Source: Alphaproteobacteria bacterium
GTDB lineage: Bacteria > Pseudomonadota > Alphaproteobacteria > MPNO01
Direction: 5' to 3'
DNA: 64,000 bases
Assembly: GCA_965202905.1 (NCBI GenBank)
Contig: OZ241868.1
Span: 2,524,208-2,588,207 of the forward strand
Numbering within the stretch: the first letter of the stretch is position 1; every line of letters starts with the position of its first letter. Made by a program: the position numbers and the translations under genes. Below, piece after piece: positions 8,958-19,200 of this stretch. A model generated the notes under the pieces. It had not been told where the DNA came from, did not search any database, and saw only the letters and a program-made list of their open reading frames with translations.

Positions 8958-9035
8958 CGCACGGCCGCCGTCACTCTGCGGCGAGGGCGGTTTTCGTGGC
9001 GTCCCGCGCGTCGCTCGATCGACGATAACAGCCAG

Positions 9036-9347
9036 TCACACCCTGTCGTCCCGTTTTCGCGGCCGGATGACGCGCTGGAGAATGGCGCCGAGCGCCGCGC
9101 CGGTGAGGACCGACAGCGCAAGGGCGACCCAGCGCAGACCGGCGGACATCTCGCCGAACGGGACGCCGGTGAGAACGGACAGCGCCACGAACGGCGCCAT
9201 GAAGGCCGTGCCGAGACCGGGCGACGCCTGAAGACCCAGAAACAGCCCGACAAAGGGCGCGAACAGGCCGAAAACGGCCCCCGCGATCAGTCCCGTCCGC
9301 AGGGATCGAAGACCGGTCGGCACGACGAGGCGGCGGGGCCGTTTCAT
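9036..9347 (-). CDS. Small multi-TM hypothetical membrane protein (103 aa), copy 1
   Basis: MKRPRRLVVPTGLRSLRTGLIAGAVFGLFAPFVGLFLG…VALALSVLTGAALGAILQRVIRP; hydrophobic; duplicated at 18434-18745. Confidence 0.65.
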   Translation of the reverse strand: MKRPRRLVVPTGLRSLRTGLIAGAVFGLFAPFVGLFLGLQASPGLGTAFMAPFVALSVLTGVPFGEMSAGLRWVALALSVLTGAALGAILQRVIRPRKRDDRV

Positions 9348-9729
9348 TGGTTTCGCGCCTGCCCTTTCGGTACGCGCCACCCCACACCGTCTTTGCCCGT
9401 GACCCGTTGTTTCTCAACGTCCCTCCAAGGGGGTCCCGATGCGACGACCGGCGAAAGATCTTGCCGACCGATCGCGCATCGCGGCCGTCCTCGACGCCCG
9501 CCTGCATCGTGGCCCGTGGGCGCGCCTTGTCGTGACCGGGCGGGGCGTGATCGGATGTGGCGTGATCGGGCGGGGCGTGATCGGGCGGGGCGTCGAGGCG
9601 AGCGAGCGCCCGGCGGCGGGGCGTTCCGCATCGCCGGCGCAAGCGCTGCATCCGCCAGCCCGGTCGCCGCTGGCGACGGCGCGGGTTGGACGGCCCCGAC
9701 CTCGCCCGGCGCGGGAACCCGGCTGGCGG

Positions 9730-10054
9730 TCATTGGTTCGTCCCCGTCGGCGCCGTGCGCGCGATCAACGCTTCGAGCGCCCGCATCGCTTCGGCGTGGC
9801 TGTCTGCGTGCGCTTGCATGGTTTCGGCGTGCGCCTGCATCGCTTCTGCGTGACGCTGGTCATCGGTGACGCGCCCGGCGGCGATCCCGGCGTCGCGCGC
9901 GCTGGCGTTCTGCTGCATCAGCCGCAAGCCCCAGGCGATCAGGAGGCATTGCGCGATCCCGATGGCGACGCCGCCGACGGTGGCCCATGCGGAGACTTCC
10001 TGCCAGCCCAGCGAGGCGGTGAAAGGCCAGCGTGGCGGTTTCGAACCCGGTCAT
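9730..10054 (-). pseudogene. Small single-TM protein, copy 3, frameshifted
   Basis: A 2-nt deletion near 10017-10020 relative to the other copies; extra HAETMQA heptad. Confidence 0.65.
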
Positions 10055-10330
10055 GGCGGACCCCCTCTGTTCCGATGATGCTCGTTGGCGACGGACGGCG
10101 CAATTCGACATCGACCGACGGCCGCCGGTCAGTACGATCGGCGCGTGTCGAAGGCGGCGGTTGAGGGCGTTCCTTCGCGCGCCGCGGCGTCGACCGAGGC
10201 GCTGGTCGTGGAGGCGCGGTCAGCTATCGCGCGCGCCCATGCGGCGCCGGCTGGAGACCCGTATTCGCGCCGGCGACCCGCGCGGGTTGGACGGCCCCGA
10301 CCTCGCCCGGCGCGGGAACCCGGCTGGCGG

Positions 10331-10636
10331 TCATCGGCTGGTCCCCGTCGGCGCCGTGCGCGCGATCAATGCTTCGAGCGCCCGCATCGCTTCGGCGTGG
10401 TTGGCGGCGTGCGCCTGCATGGCTTCTACATGACGCTGGTCATCGGTGGCGCGCCCGGCGGCGATCCCGGCGTCGCGCGCGCTGGCGTTCTGCTGCATCA
10501 GCCGCAAGCCCCAGGCAATGAGGGCGCATTGCGCGATCCCGATGGCGACGCCGCCGACGGTCGCCCATGCGGAGACTTCCTGCCAGCCCAGCGAGGCGGC
10601 GTGAAAGGCCAGCGTGGCGGTTTCGAACCCGGTCAT
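10331..10636 (-). CDS. Small single-TM hypothetical protein, copy 4
   Basis: MTGFETATLAFHAASLGWQEVSAW…. Confidence 0.7.
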   Translation of the reverse strand: MTGFETATLAFHAASLGWQEVSAWATVGGVAIGIAQCALIAWGLRLMQQNASARDAGIAAGRATDDQRHVEAMQAHAANHAEAMRALEALIARTAPTGTSR

Positions 10637-10682
10637 GGCTCGTTCCGATGATGCTCGTTGGCGACGGACGGCGCAATTCACG

Positions 10683-10711
10683 TTGACCGACGGGCCGCCG
10701 GTAAATACGAT
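10683..10711 (+). promoter_or_regulatory. Sigma70-like precursor promoter
   Basis: TTGACC-N17-TACGAT. Confidence 0.65.
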
Positions 10712-10790
10712 TAGCGCGTGCCGAATGTGGATCGCTCACAGGCGGCCGACGGCATGACAGAACCCAACTCTTGACTCCGGGAGAGACAAC

Positions 10791-10980
10791 ATGCCCAACC
10801 ACCGAGACGCCCTCCGTACCCCCCCCCCCCCAGGATGAGGCGCGGAAACGCTGGACCAGGCCGATCGTCCGCGAATGGGACGGCATGACAGAGACGACGA
10901 GCGATGTCTTCACGTCCAGTAAAGACACTACCGCGGAAGATGAGGGTACATACAGCTATATGAATACCAACGCGTCATGA
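10791..10980 (+). CDS. Lasso precursor A8, core probably SDVFTSSKDTTAEDEGTYSYMNTNAS; +1 frameshift at or near a C13 tract
   Basis: RBS GGGAGAG and ATG at 10791. MPNHRDAL… then QDEARKRWTRPIVREWDGMTETT|SDVFTSSKD…NAS*. Positional alignment gives Ser1/Asp9. Confidence 0.75.
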
Positions 10981-11173
10981 TGTAAGGCGCAATTCGCGAT
11001 CCGCAGGCATGGGGCCAGCCACGGGGGCAGCCACGGCGGCCGGGCAGGTTCCTGGGGGGCGGGCCGCCGGGTTCGATGAGACGGAACCGCCCGAGAGAGC
11101 TCGTCGGGATATGTCGTGGCGCCGCCGCGCCCGCCGGCCGTCCCCCCGCCGGGGCTGTCCCGGCAACGACGCC

Positions 11174-11690
11174 ATGACCTCCGCGCGTTTCGCCGTGGCG
11201 GTTGCGGCCCTTTTTCTGGTCCGCCCGGCGGCGGCCGGGACTCCCTTTTCTGGCCGGCCCGGCGGCGGCCGGGACTGTGGTCGATCTTGAACCCGTGCTC
11301 GTCGTCGACGCCTCACGCAGCATCGACGGCTATATGTACAGCCTGCAAGGCGAGGGTTACGCCCAGGCGCCGACCCGTCCCGAGGCGATCCGCGCGATTG
11401 CTTCGGGCTTGCGGGCTTGGCGCGGCGGGTAGCGGCCGCCTGTGTCGAGCGGTCGGGTCGGGCCGAACAGGCCGACTGGCCATCCTGGTCGACTGAACGG
11501 CGATCGACGGCCCGGCCTCCGCAGCGTCATTCGCCAAAACCCCGCGCCAAAACCCTGATGGGCCTGCCGCGACGCTCTTCCGACGGCGCCGGACCCGGCG
11601 CGGCCATCGACTTCGCCGCCGGGCAGTTCGGCGGCAACGGGTTCGGCGGCGCCCGCCGGGCGATCGACGCCTCCGGCGCCGTCCGCCTCA
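11174..11690 (+). pseudogene. DUF1194 (vWA-like) domain protein, fragmented
   Basis: Signal-like MTSARFAVAVAALFLVRPAAA; VDLEPVLVVDASRSID…LQGEGYAQA; GAAIDFAAGQFGGNGFGGARRAIDASG, spread across frames. Confidence 0.6.
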
Positions 11691-11692
11691 TA

Positions 11693-11821
11693 CCGGTCCT
11701 CCCACCCGGTCCTCCCACCCGGTCCTCCCACCCGGTCCTCCCACCCGGTCCTCCCACCCGGTCCTCCCACCCGGTCCTCCCACCCGGTCCTCCCACCCGG
11801 TCCTCCCACCCGGTCCTCCCA
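11693..11821. repeat. VNTR, 13-bp unit CCGGTCCTCCCAC x about 10
   Basis: Perfect tandem copies read directly from the sequence. Confidence 0.95.
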
Positions 11822-12298
11822 GTGGCGTAACGTGGCGGCGTAACGTGGCGACGGGACGCCCAACGCCTCCGCCGCCTGCTCCTGTATCAACTCCCGGGCC
11901 TGCCGCCTCGAATGAAGCTCCTCGACCTTCATCGCTCGTCGTCCTTGCAAGACCTCTGTTGTGCAAGACCTCCGCCGGCTTCATGGCGCCGCTTCTGCGA
12001 GGCGACGGCGAACCGGACGGATCGCCCGGACGGATCGCATGACGCCGGCGCCGGACATGACGCTCGTCAGCAACTCAGCAACACGGGTTAGCGACGCGCG
12101 CGGCCGCGCGCGTTGACAAGCGCGATCCGCCAACGCATCCTGACCGCAAGGCGACGGCAGGCCTTGGGAGCGGGCCCAATCGATCGCCGGATAACTCGGG
12201 GCAGGATCGCCCGGCGCGGCTGGGCGCGGTGGGGGACAGGAATTGGCGCTGCGCGTTGACGTGGCCGCCCGCGGCGGCGTCCGGACCGCGGCGATGCG

Positions 12299-13354
12299 AT
12301 GAGCGGTATTTCGGAAGGCGCGGTTCGTTGCGCCGTACCGGTGTGCGCCGTACTGGTGTGCGCGGTCCTTGTCGGCGCCGCCTCGCCGGCGATGCCGGCT
12401 TCGGAGACGATCGGTCCGACCAGGGTCTCCGGCGATCCGACCAGGGTCTCCGGGCTGGGCGCCGGTGCGCCCGGATCGGCCCGGGCGGCCGCCGTTTCCT
12501 TCGCGCCCGGGGTCCTGCTGCGCGCCGGGGTCCCGCCGCGCGGCGAAATCCCGGTTCGGGCCCGAACGACCGCGGCGCTGGCCGACGCCTTCGACCGGCA
12601 TGGCTATCGCCTCGACGACGTGCGCCGGTTCGGCGCCGTACCGCGGCTGTTCGTAGCGACCGCGCCGCCGGATCTGTCCGCCGTGGCCCGGGTGGCCGAT
12701 CGCAAGGCGCTGTTCATACGGATCGTTCTGCCGCTGGTGCTCGCGGTCAACGAGACGATCGCCGGAAACCGCGCCCGGATCGAGCGGTTGCGCGCCAGGC
12801 TGGCCGAGCCGCGGCGCCTGACGGTCGAACAGGAGCAATGGCTCGCCGCGATGTTCAGCCGCTACGACGCGCCGATGTTCGACTTCGCCGAGCTGCTGCG
12901 CCGGGTCGACGTCATCGTGCCATCGCTCGCCATCGCCCAGAGCGCGGAGGAAAGCGGCTGGGGCACCTCGCGGTTCGCGCGCAAGGCCAACGCCCTGTTC
13001 GGGCAGCGGATCTTCAAGGGGAGCAACGGGCTCGTCCCGCTCGCGCGGGAGCCCGGCGCGCGCCACCGCGTGCGCGCCTTCGACCATCTGCTGGACAGCG
13101 CGCGGGCCTACGCCGCCAATCTCAACTCGCACCCCGCCTATGCCAGGTTCCGCGCGGTGCGGGCCGGGCTGCGCCGCCGGAACCGCCCGTTCGACGGGCT
13201 GGAACTGGCCAGGACGCTGCGGTTCTATTCCGAACGTCGGGGCGCCTATGTCGCGACCATACGGCGGATCATCCGCATCAATCGGCTGACGGTCTTCGAC
13301 GGCGCCCGTCTGGGCGGGGCGACGCCGGACCTCGCGCACGACTCCGAGGGCTGA
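12299..13354 (+). CDS. Glucosaminidase-domain (Bax-like) protein
   Basis: RKALFIRIVLPLV…SLAIAQSAEESGWGTSRFARKANALFGQR…AYAANLNSHPAYARFR. Confidence 0.85.
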   Translation: MSGISEGAVRCAVPVCAVLVCAVLVGAASPAMPASETIGPTRVSGDPTRVSGLGAGAPGSARAAAVSFAPGVLLRAGVPPRGEIPVRARTTAALADAFDRHGYRLDDVRRFGAVPRLFVATAPPDLSAVARVADRKALFIRIVLPLVLAVNETIAGNRARIERLRARLAEPRRLTVEQEQWLAAMFSRYDAPMFDFAELLRRVDVIVPSLAIAQSAEESGWGTSRFARKANALFGQRIFKGSNGLVPLAREPGARHRVRAFDHLLDSARAYAANLNSHPAYARFRAVRAGLRRRNRPFDGLELARTLRFYSERRGAYVATIRRIIRINRLTVFDGARLGGATPDLAHDSEG

Positions 13355-13365
13355 TCGGATACCGC

Positions 13366-13535
13366 CGGTTCGAACCTTTCGCTTCGAACCGCTGGTTTCG
13401 TGTCGATGGATCGACTCATCGAGACATCGGAATGCGTCATGGTCGCCCGATCGTCATCGGCCAGGGGATTTCAGCCGGGGGATTTCAGCCGGGGGATTTC
13501 AGCCGGGGATTCGAATGTCCCGGTCGATCCGCTAG
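13366..13535 (+). mobile_element. MITE-like intergenic repeat, copy A (with an internal 14-bp triplication)
   Basis: Homologous to 39833-39965 and 59470-59603; ends in CTAG, which is the stop of the convergent gene. Confidence 0.7.
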
Positions 13536-14602
13536 CCGCGCGGCAGGTAGAACTGCATACCGTACCAGCGCCAGCGCCCGTCGCGCGCCGGCATGGTGCA
13601 GTTGATCCGCGCCCGCCCCGGCGACAGCGGCTGGTCCAGCCGCACCTCGATCCGCGCGCCGCCCAGGCGCTCGATGCGCGTCCTGCCCTGGCCCGAGGCG
13701 TAGCACGCCAGGGCGTCGATACGCTCGAGCGCCTTGCCGAACACCGTGAACCCGAAATTCGGCGGATTGGTCCCGGCGTTCAGCAGCGGGTCGAGCGGCG
13801 TGACGTCCGTGACCCGTAGCGGCAGCGCGCCGGCCGCCAGCCGGAACCGGCCGATGTCGCCATGCGCCTCGTTCATCGCGAACCGCGGCAGGAAATGAAA
13901 CCGCGAGCCCCGGTGAAGGACGCCGGAATGCTGGCCGAACGCGGCCGTGAACCCGTGTTCGACGACGATGTCGCGCACCTCCAGCGACATCTCGCCGAAG
14001 GGGTAGGCGAACAGCCTCGGCGTGCGGCCGAGCTCCTCCTCGAAGCGCCGGTTGGACTCGGCGATCTCGCGCGCGTTCTCGCCGCGGCTCGCCAGCGGCA
14101 TGTGGAGGTGCGAGGCGGTCTGGCTGCCGATGGTCACGCCGTCGCCGACGAGGTCGCGGATCTGGTCCCAGCTCATGTAGCCGCGAACCCGGTCGTCTAT
14201 CGGATCGGTGGCGACGAACAGCGTGAACGGCAGCCCCGCCTTGCGCAGCCGCGGCCAGGCCTCGGCGTGGACGGAGAGATAAGCGTCGTCGACGCTGAGA
14301 CCGATCGTGCGGTCCGGCAGCGCGCGGCCGATGCGCAGCGAGGCGAGGATCTCCGGGATCGGCAGCACGTTCAGCCCGCGCTCTTCGATCTCGGCGATAT
14401 GGGCATCGAACTGATCGAGGCGTATATTGGTAGACGGCGTCGCGCCCTCGCCGAAACGGTGATACATCAGAATCACGGCCGAGTCCGCCGCCTCGGCGCC
14501 CGGCGCGCCGGCAAGGCCGATGAGTCCGGTCAAGCCCGCGCCGGCAAGGCCGGCAAGGCCGATGAGTCCGGCTGCCCAGGCCGCGCGCAACGAACGAGTC
14601 AT
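13532..14602 (-). CDS. Polysaccharide deacetylase family protein
   Basis: Signal-like N-terminus; AVILMYHRFGE, LSVDDAYLS, TLFVATD, SQTASHLHM, FAYPFGE. Confidence 0.88.
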   Translation of the reverse strand: MTRSLRAAWAAGLIGLAGLAGAGLTGLIGLAGAPGAEAADSAVILMYHRFGEGATPSTNIRLDQFDAHIAEIEERGLNVLPIPEILASLRIGRALPDRTIGLSVDDAYLSVHAEAWPRLRKAGLPFTLFVATDPIDDRVRGYMSWDQIRDLVGDGVTIGSQTASHLHMPLASRGENAREIAESNRRFEEELGRTPRLFAYPFGEMSLEVRDIVVEHGFTAAFGQHSGVLHRGSRFHFLPRFAMNEAHGDIGRFRLAAGALPLRVTDVTPLDPLLNAGTNPPNFGFTVFGKALERIDALACYASGQGRTRIERLGGARIEVRLDQPLSPGRARINCTMPARDGRWRWYGMQFYLPRG

Positions 14603-14932
14603 GGCAGGGACCTCGATGAGCGGCGTCCCGGCGGCGTCCCGCCGCCGTCCCAGTGACGCCCCGGTGTCCAAAGCCCAGCTGGCGCCGTTTTTAGCGCATG
14701 TCGGAACGGGGCGGCAAGCGGCGACTCGCGCCGTTCGAAGGCCGGAGCGCTCCGCCTTCGGAGCGCCGCCCCGCCGGCCTCGTATGGTCGGTTGGCGCGC
14801 TCATCCGGCGCGGGCCTTTACAGGGCCATTGCAGGGCCTTTACAGGTCCTTTGCAGGGACCGGACCCGCCGCTATGGTTCGGCCGCCCGGGGAAATCGAG
14901 CCTGGGGAAATCGAGCAAGCGGGAGACGGCCG

Positions 14933-15769
14933 GTGGCGGGCGCGCTGTGCGGAAGAGTGGTGTTGATGACCGGGGCCGGCGGCGGCATGGGAAGCGCGAT
15001 GACCCTGGGCCTGATCGGCGAGGGCGCGGATGTGCTGGCGGTCGACATGCGCGAGGACGAACTACGGGCGCTGGCCGGGGAGGCCAGGAAGCGCAACGGA
15101 CCCGGGCGGGTCGAGCCAGCCGTCGCCGACATCGCCGACGCGCCCGCCTGCGAAGCCCTGGTGCGGCGCGCGATCGAGACCCTCGGCGGGCTGCATATGC
15201 TGGTCAACAACGCCGGCGTCGGTATGCAGACCATCCGCGAGACCTACATGAACGAGCCGGTCTCGTTCTGGGAGGCGGACATCGACCGCTGGCAGCGGAT
15301 GATGGACGTGAACTTCAAGGCGCCCTTCATGCTGGCGAAGTTCGCCGCGCCGCACATGACGGCGCAGGGCTGGGGCCGGATCGTCAACGTCACCACCAGC
15401 CTCGACACCATGCACCGGAAGGCCTACACGCCCTACGGCCAGTCCAAGGCCGCGCTGGAGGCCGCGACCGCGACCTGGGCGAAGGACCTCGAAGGGACAG
15501 GGGTGACGGTAAACGCGCTGGTCCCGGGCGGACCGACCGACACCGGCTTCATCCCGGCCGATGCGCCGTTCGACCGCGCCGCCCTGATCCAGCCGGACGT
15601 CATGGTCGCGCCGATCCTGTGGCTCGCCTCCGGGGACTCCGACGGGGTGAGCGATTGCCGGTTCGTCGGCGCCGACTTCGACCCGGCCATCCCGCCCGCC
15701 GCCGCCGTCCGGGCACCCGCCGCCTGGCCCGGCGTCGGCGCAGCCGCGTCCTGGCCCGGGGCACGCTGA
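14933..15769 (+). CDS. SDR family oxidoreductase
   Basis: TGAGGGMG, LVNNAG, YGQSK; GTG start after RBS GGGAGA. Confidence 0.88.
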   Translation: MAGALCGRVVLMTGAGGGMGSAMTLGLIGEGADVLAVDMREDELRALAGEARKRNGPGRVEPAVADIADAPACEALVRRAIETLGGLHMLVNNAGVGMQTIRETYMNEPVSFWEADIDRWQRMMDVNFKAPFMLAKFAAPHMTAQGWGRIVNVTTSLDTMHRKAYTPYGQSKAALEAATATWAKDLEGTGVTVNALVPGGPTDTGFIPADAPFDRAALIQPDVMVAPILWLASGDSDGVSDCRFVGADFDPAIPPAAAVRAPAAWPGVGAAASWPGAR

Positions 15770-15773
15770 GCCG

Positions 15774-16556
<783 letters not shown>

Positions 16557-16569
16557 GGCCATCGCCCCC

Positions 16570-17628
16570 GTGATCGCCCCCGTGATCTCGCCCGTGATCT
16601 CGCCTGAGGCCATCGCCGAGGCCGCTCGCAGTCTCCGCGCGGGCGCGCTGGTCGCCTTCCCCACCGAGACCGTCTACGGCCTCGGCGCCGATGCCGGCAA
16701 CGACCGCGCGGTCGCGCGAGTCTTCGCGGCCAAGGGCCGGCCGCGCTTCAACCCGCTGATCGTCCATGTCCCGGACTTCGCCCGGGCCGCGGCGGTCGTT
16801 GCGTTCGACGACCGCGCGCGCGATCTGGCGGCGCGGTTCTGGCCCGGCCCGCTGTCGCTGGTGCTGCCGCGGCGCGCCGATGCGCCGGTCTCGCCGCTGG
16901 CCGGCGCCGGGCTCGATACCCTGGCGGTGCGCGTGCCGGCGAACGATATCGCGCGCGCTTTGATCGAGGCCGCCGGCGCGCCGGTCGCGGCGCCCAGCGC
17001 CAACCCGGCCGGCGGCGTCAGCCCGACGCGGGCCGGGCATGTCGCGGCCGCGCTGGGGGGTGCGGTCGAGATCATCCTCGATGGCGGGCCCTGCGCGGTC
17101 GGGCTCGAATCGACCGTGATCGATCTCTCGACCGCGCGTCCGGTCCTGTTGCGGCCGGGCGGGGTCGCGCTGGAGGATCTGACCGCCGCGCTCGGACCGA
17201 TCGATCGGGGCGCCGCCACGGATGAAGCGGACGAAGCGGCCTTGCGCTCGCCCGGCCGGCTGGCGAGCCACTATGCGCCGCGCCTGCCGCTCCGGATCGA
17301 CGCGGCGACGGTCCGTCCCGGCGAGGCGCTGCTCTCCTTCGGACCCCACGCTCTGACCGGCTTCGCCGCGGAGCGCAACCTGAGCGTCGCCGGCGACCCG
17401 GTCGAGGCCGCCGCCAACCTGTTCGCGATGCTTCGCGAGCTCGACCGCCCCGAATATTCGGGCATCGTCGCCATGCCGGCGCCCGAGGCCGGGCTCGGAC
17501 GGGCGATCATGGACCGCCTGCGCCGGGCGGCCGCCCCCCGACCGCTTGCCGCGTCCGGCGGGGCGGCGTCGACTCCGAGGCGGTCGACTCCGAGGCGGTC
17601 GACTCCGCCGCGGCGGCCGAGGGCGTGA
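16570..17628 (+). CDS. sua5: L-threonylcarbamoyladenylate synthase (Sua5 type)
   Basis: VAFPTETVYGLGA, AKGRPRFNPLIVH, FWPGPLSLV, AAPSAN, GLESTVID, SPGRLASHYAP. Confidence 0.92.
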   Translation: MIAPVISPVISPEAIAEAARSLRAGALVAFPTETVYGLGADAGNDRAVARVFAAKGRPRFNPLIVHVPDFARAAAVVAFDDRARDLAARFWPGPLSLVLPRRADAPVSPLAGAGLDTLAVRVPANDIARALIEAAGAPVAAPSANPAGGVSPTRAGHVAAALGGAVEIILDGGPCAVGLESTVIDLSTARPVLLRPGGVALEDLTAALGPIDRGAATDEADEAALRSPGRLASHYAPRLPLRIDAATVRPGEALLSFGPHALTGFAAERNLSVAGDPVEAAANLFAMLRELDRPEYSGIVAMPAPEAGLGRAIMDRLRRAAAPRPLAASGGAASTPRRSTPRRSTPPRRPRA

Positions 17629-17964
17629 CCGCCGCGCCGACCGGGGTCGGGCTCGCCGGCGGCGCGGCGCCGATCGCCGCGCGCATGGACGAGGCGGAGT
17701 CGACGAGGCGGAGTCCTGCGCCGACCGCCCGACCGGCCCGCCCTCGCCCCCGCCCTCGATCGTGTCCGCTTCGTGTCGGCGAACCGGTCGCCGCCGTCGT
17801 CGCGACCGGGCTCTGCCGGGCCGGCGACGCCTGCGCGCCGATCGAAATCGGCGCCCGGTGAAGTTCTCGTTGACAGGCGCGCCGCCGGTAAAGATGTTTG
17901 AAGGGTGCCAAACTCGGGCCGCTCGCAGGCGGTCTTGGCCCGAGTGCTCGGTGTAGCGGGATCG

Positions 17965-18065
17965 AAGATCCGGGCGATCCCGGTCGATATCGGCGGCGGG
18001 TTTGGCGTCGAGACGCCGCTCTGCGCCGAGGAGGTCGTGACGGCCTCGGCGGCGCGGCTGGCCGG
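17965..18065 (+). pseudogene. Short fragment of a CoxL/xanthine dehydrogenase Mo-binding subunit
   Basis: IRAIPVDIGGGFGVETPLCAEEVVTASAARL resembles the DIGGGFG motif. Confidence 0.5.
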
Positions 18066-18267
18066 TGGAATGGACGCAAGACCGGATCGAGCGCCGTTCA
18101 TCCCAGGGCGATTCTGGCCCAGGGCGATTCTGGCCCAAGGCGATTCTGGCCCGGCTCCCGGTCGGCCACGCGATCGACGTTCACTGCACGAAGCGTTGCC
18201 GGCTCTATCCAGGGGCAGCCGCGGGGGCCGGGTGGGTTCCTGGCGGCGGGTCGCTGGGTTCGATGAG

Positions 18268-18333
18268 ACGGAAGTCGGCACCGAGGCCAGGGCGGCTGAG
18301 AATGCTGATTACTTCGACGCCACCGCATCGTTG
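18268..18333 (+). pseudogene. Orphan lasso core A9 (VGTEARAAENADYFDATAS), no leader, stop lost
   Basis: ACG GAA | GTC GGC ACC GAG GCC AGG GCG GCT GAG AAT GCT GAT TAC TTC GAC GCC ACC GCA TCG TTG. It parallels the A1 core and is followed by the conserved post-precursor flank. Confidence 0.7.
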
Positions 18334-18349
18334 ACCCGACCCTCAGGCA

Positions 18350-19200
18350 TCATGACGCACGGCCGCCGTCACTCTGCGGCGAGGGCGGTTTTCGTGGCGT
18401 CCCGCGCGTCGCTCGATCGACGATAACAGCCCGTCACACCCTGTCGTCCCGTTTTCGCGGCCGGATGACGCGCTGGAGAATGGCGCCGAGCGCCGCGCCG
18501 GTGAGGACCGACAGCGCAAGGGCGACCCAGCGCAGACCGGCGGACATCTCGCCGAACGGGACGCCGGTGAGAACGGACAGCGCCACGAACGGCGCCATGA
18601 AGGCCGTGCCGAGACCGGGCGACGCCTGAAGACCCAGAAACAGCCCGACAAAGGGCGCGAACAGGCCGAAAACGGCCCCCGCGATCAGTCCCGTCCGCAG
18701 GGATCGAAGACCGGTCGGCACGACGAGGCGGCGGGGCCGTTTCATTGGCTCCCCGCCTGCCCTTTCGGTACGCGCCACCCCACACCGTCTTTGCCCGTGA
18801 CCCGTTGTTTCTCGACGTCCCTCCAAGGGGGTCCCGATGCGACGACCGGCGAAAGATCTTGCCGACCGATCGCGCATCGCGGCCGTCCTCGACGCCCGCC
18901 TGCATCGTGGCCCGTGGGCGCGCCTTGTCGTGACCGGGCGGGGCGTGATCGGATGTGGCGTGATCGGATGGGCGTGATCGGGCGGGGCGTCGAGGCGAGC
19001 GAGCGCCCGGCGGCGGGGCGTTCCGCATCGCCGGCGCAAGCGCTGCATCCGCCAGCCCGGTCGCCGCTGGCGACGGCGCGGGTTGGACGGCCCCGACCTC
19101 GCCCGGCGCGGGAACCCGGCTGGCGGTCATCGGCTGGTCCCCGTCGGCGCCGTGCGCGCGATCAATGCTTCGAGCGCCCGCATCGCTTCGGCGTGGTTGG
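18350..19200. repeat. Dispersed duplication of about 8950-9800
   Basis: Near-identical DNA, including the 103-aa membrane protein gene. Confidence 0.88.
18434..18745 (-). CDS. Small multi-TM hypothetical membrane protein, copy 2
   Basis: Translation identical to 9036-9347. Confidence 0.65.
   Translation of the reverse strand: MKRPRRLVVPTGLRSLRTGLIAGAVFGLFAPFVGLFLGLQASPGLGTAFMAPFVALSVLTGVPFGEMSAGLRWVALALSVLTGAALGAILQRVIRPRKRDDRV

Noticed and set aside
10771-10980. TTG-initiated in-frame version of A8
   Set aside because: The RBS and homology point to ATG 10791. The upstream TTG is part of the conserved CTCTTGA box and gives a non-homologous N-terminus.
3180-11000. CRISPR array (conserved repeats with variable spacers)
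   Set aside because: The repeats are protein-coding leaders over 100 bp with irregular spacing, the variable parts are in-frame peptide cores, and there are no cas genes.
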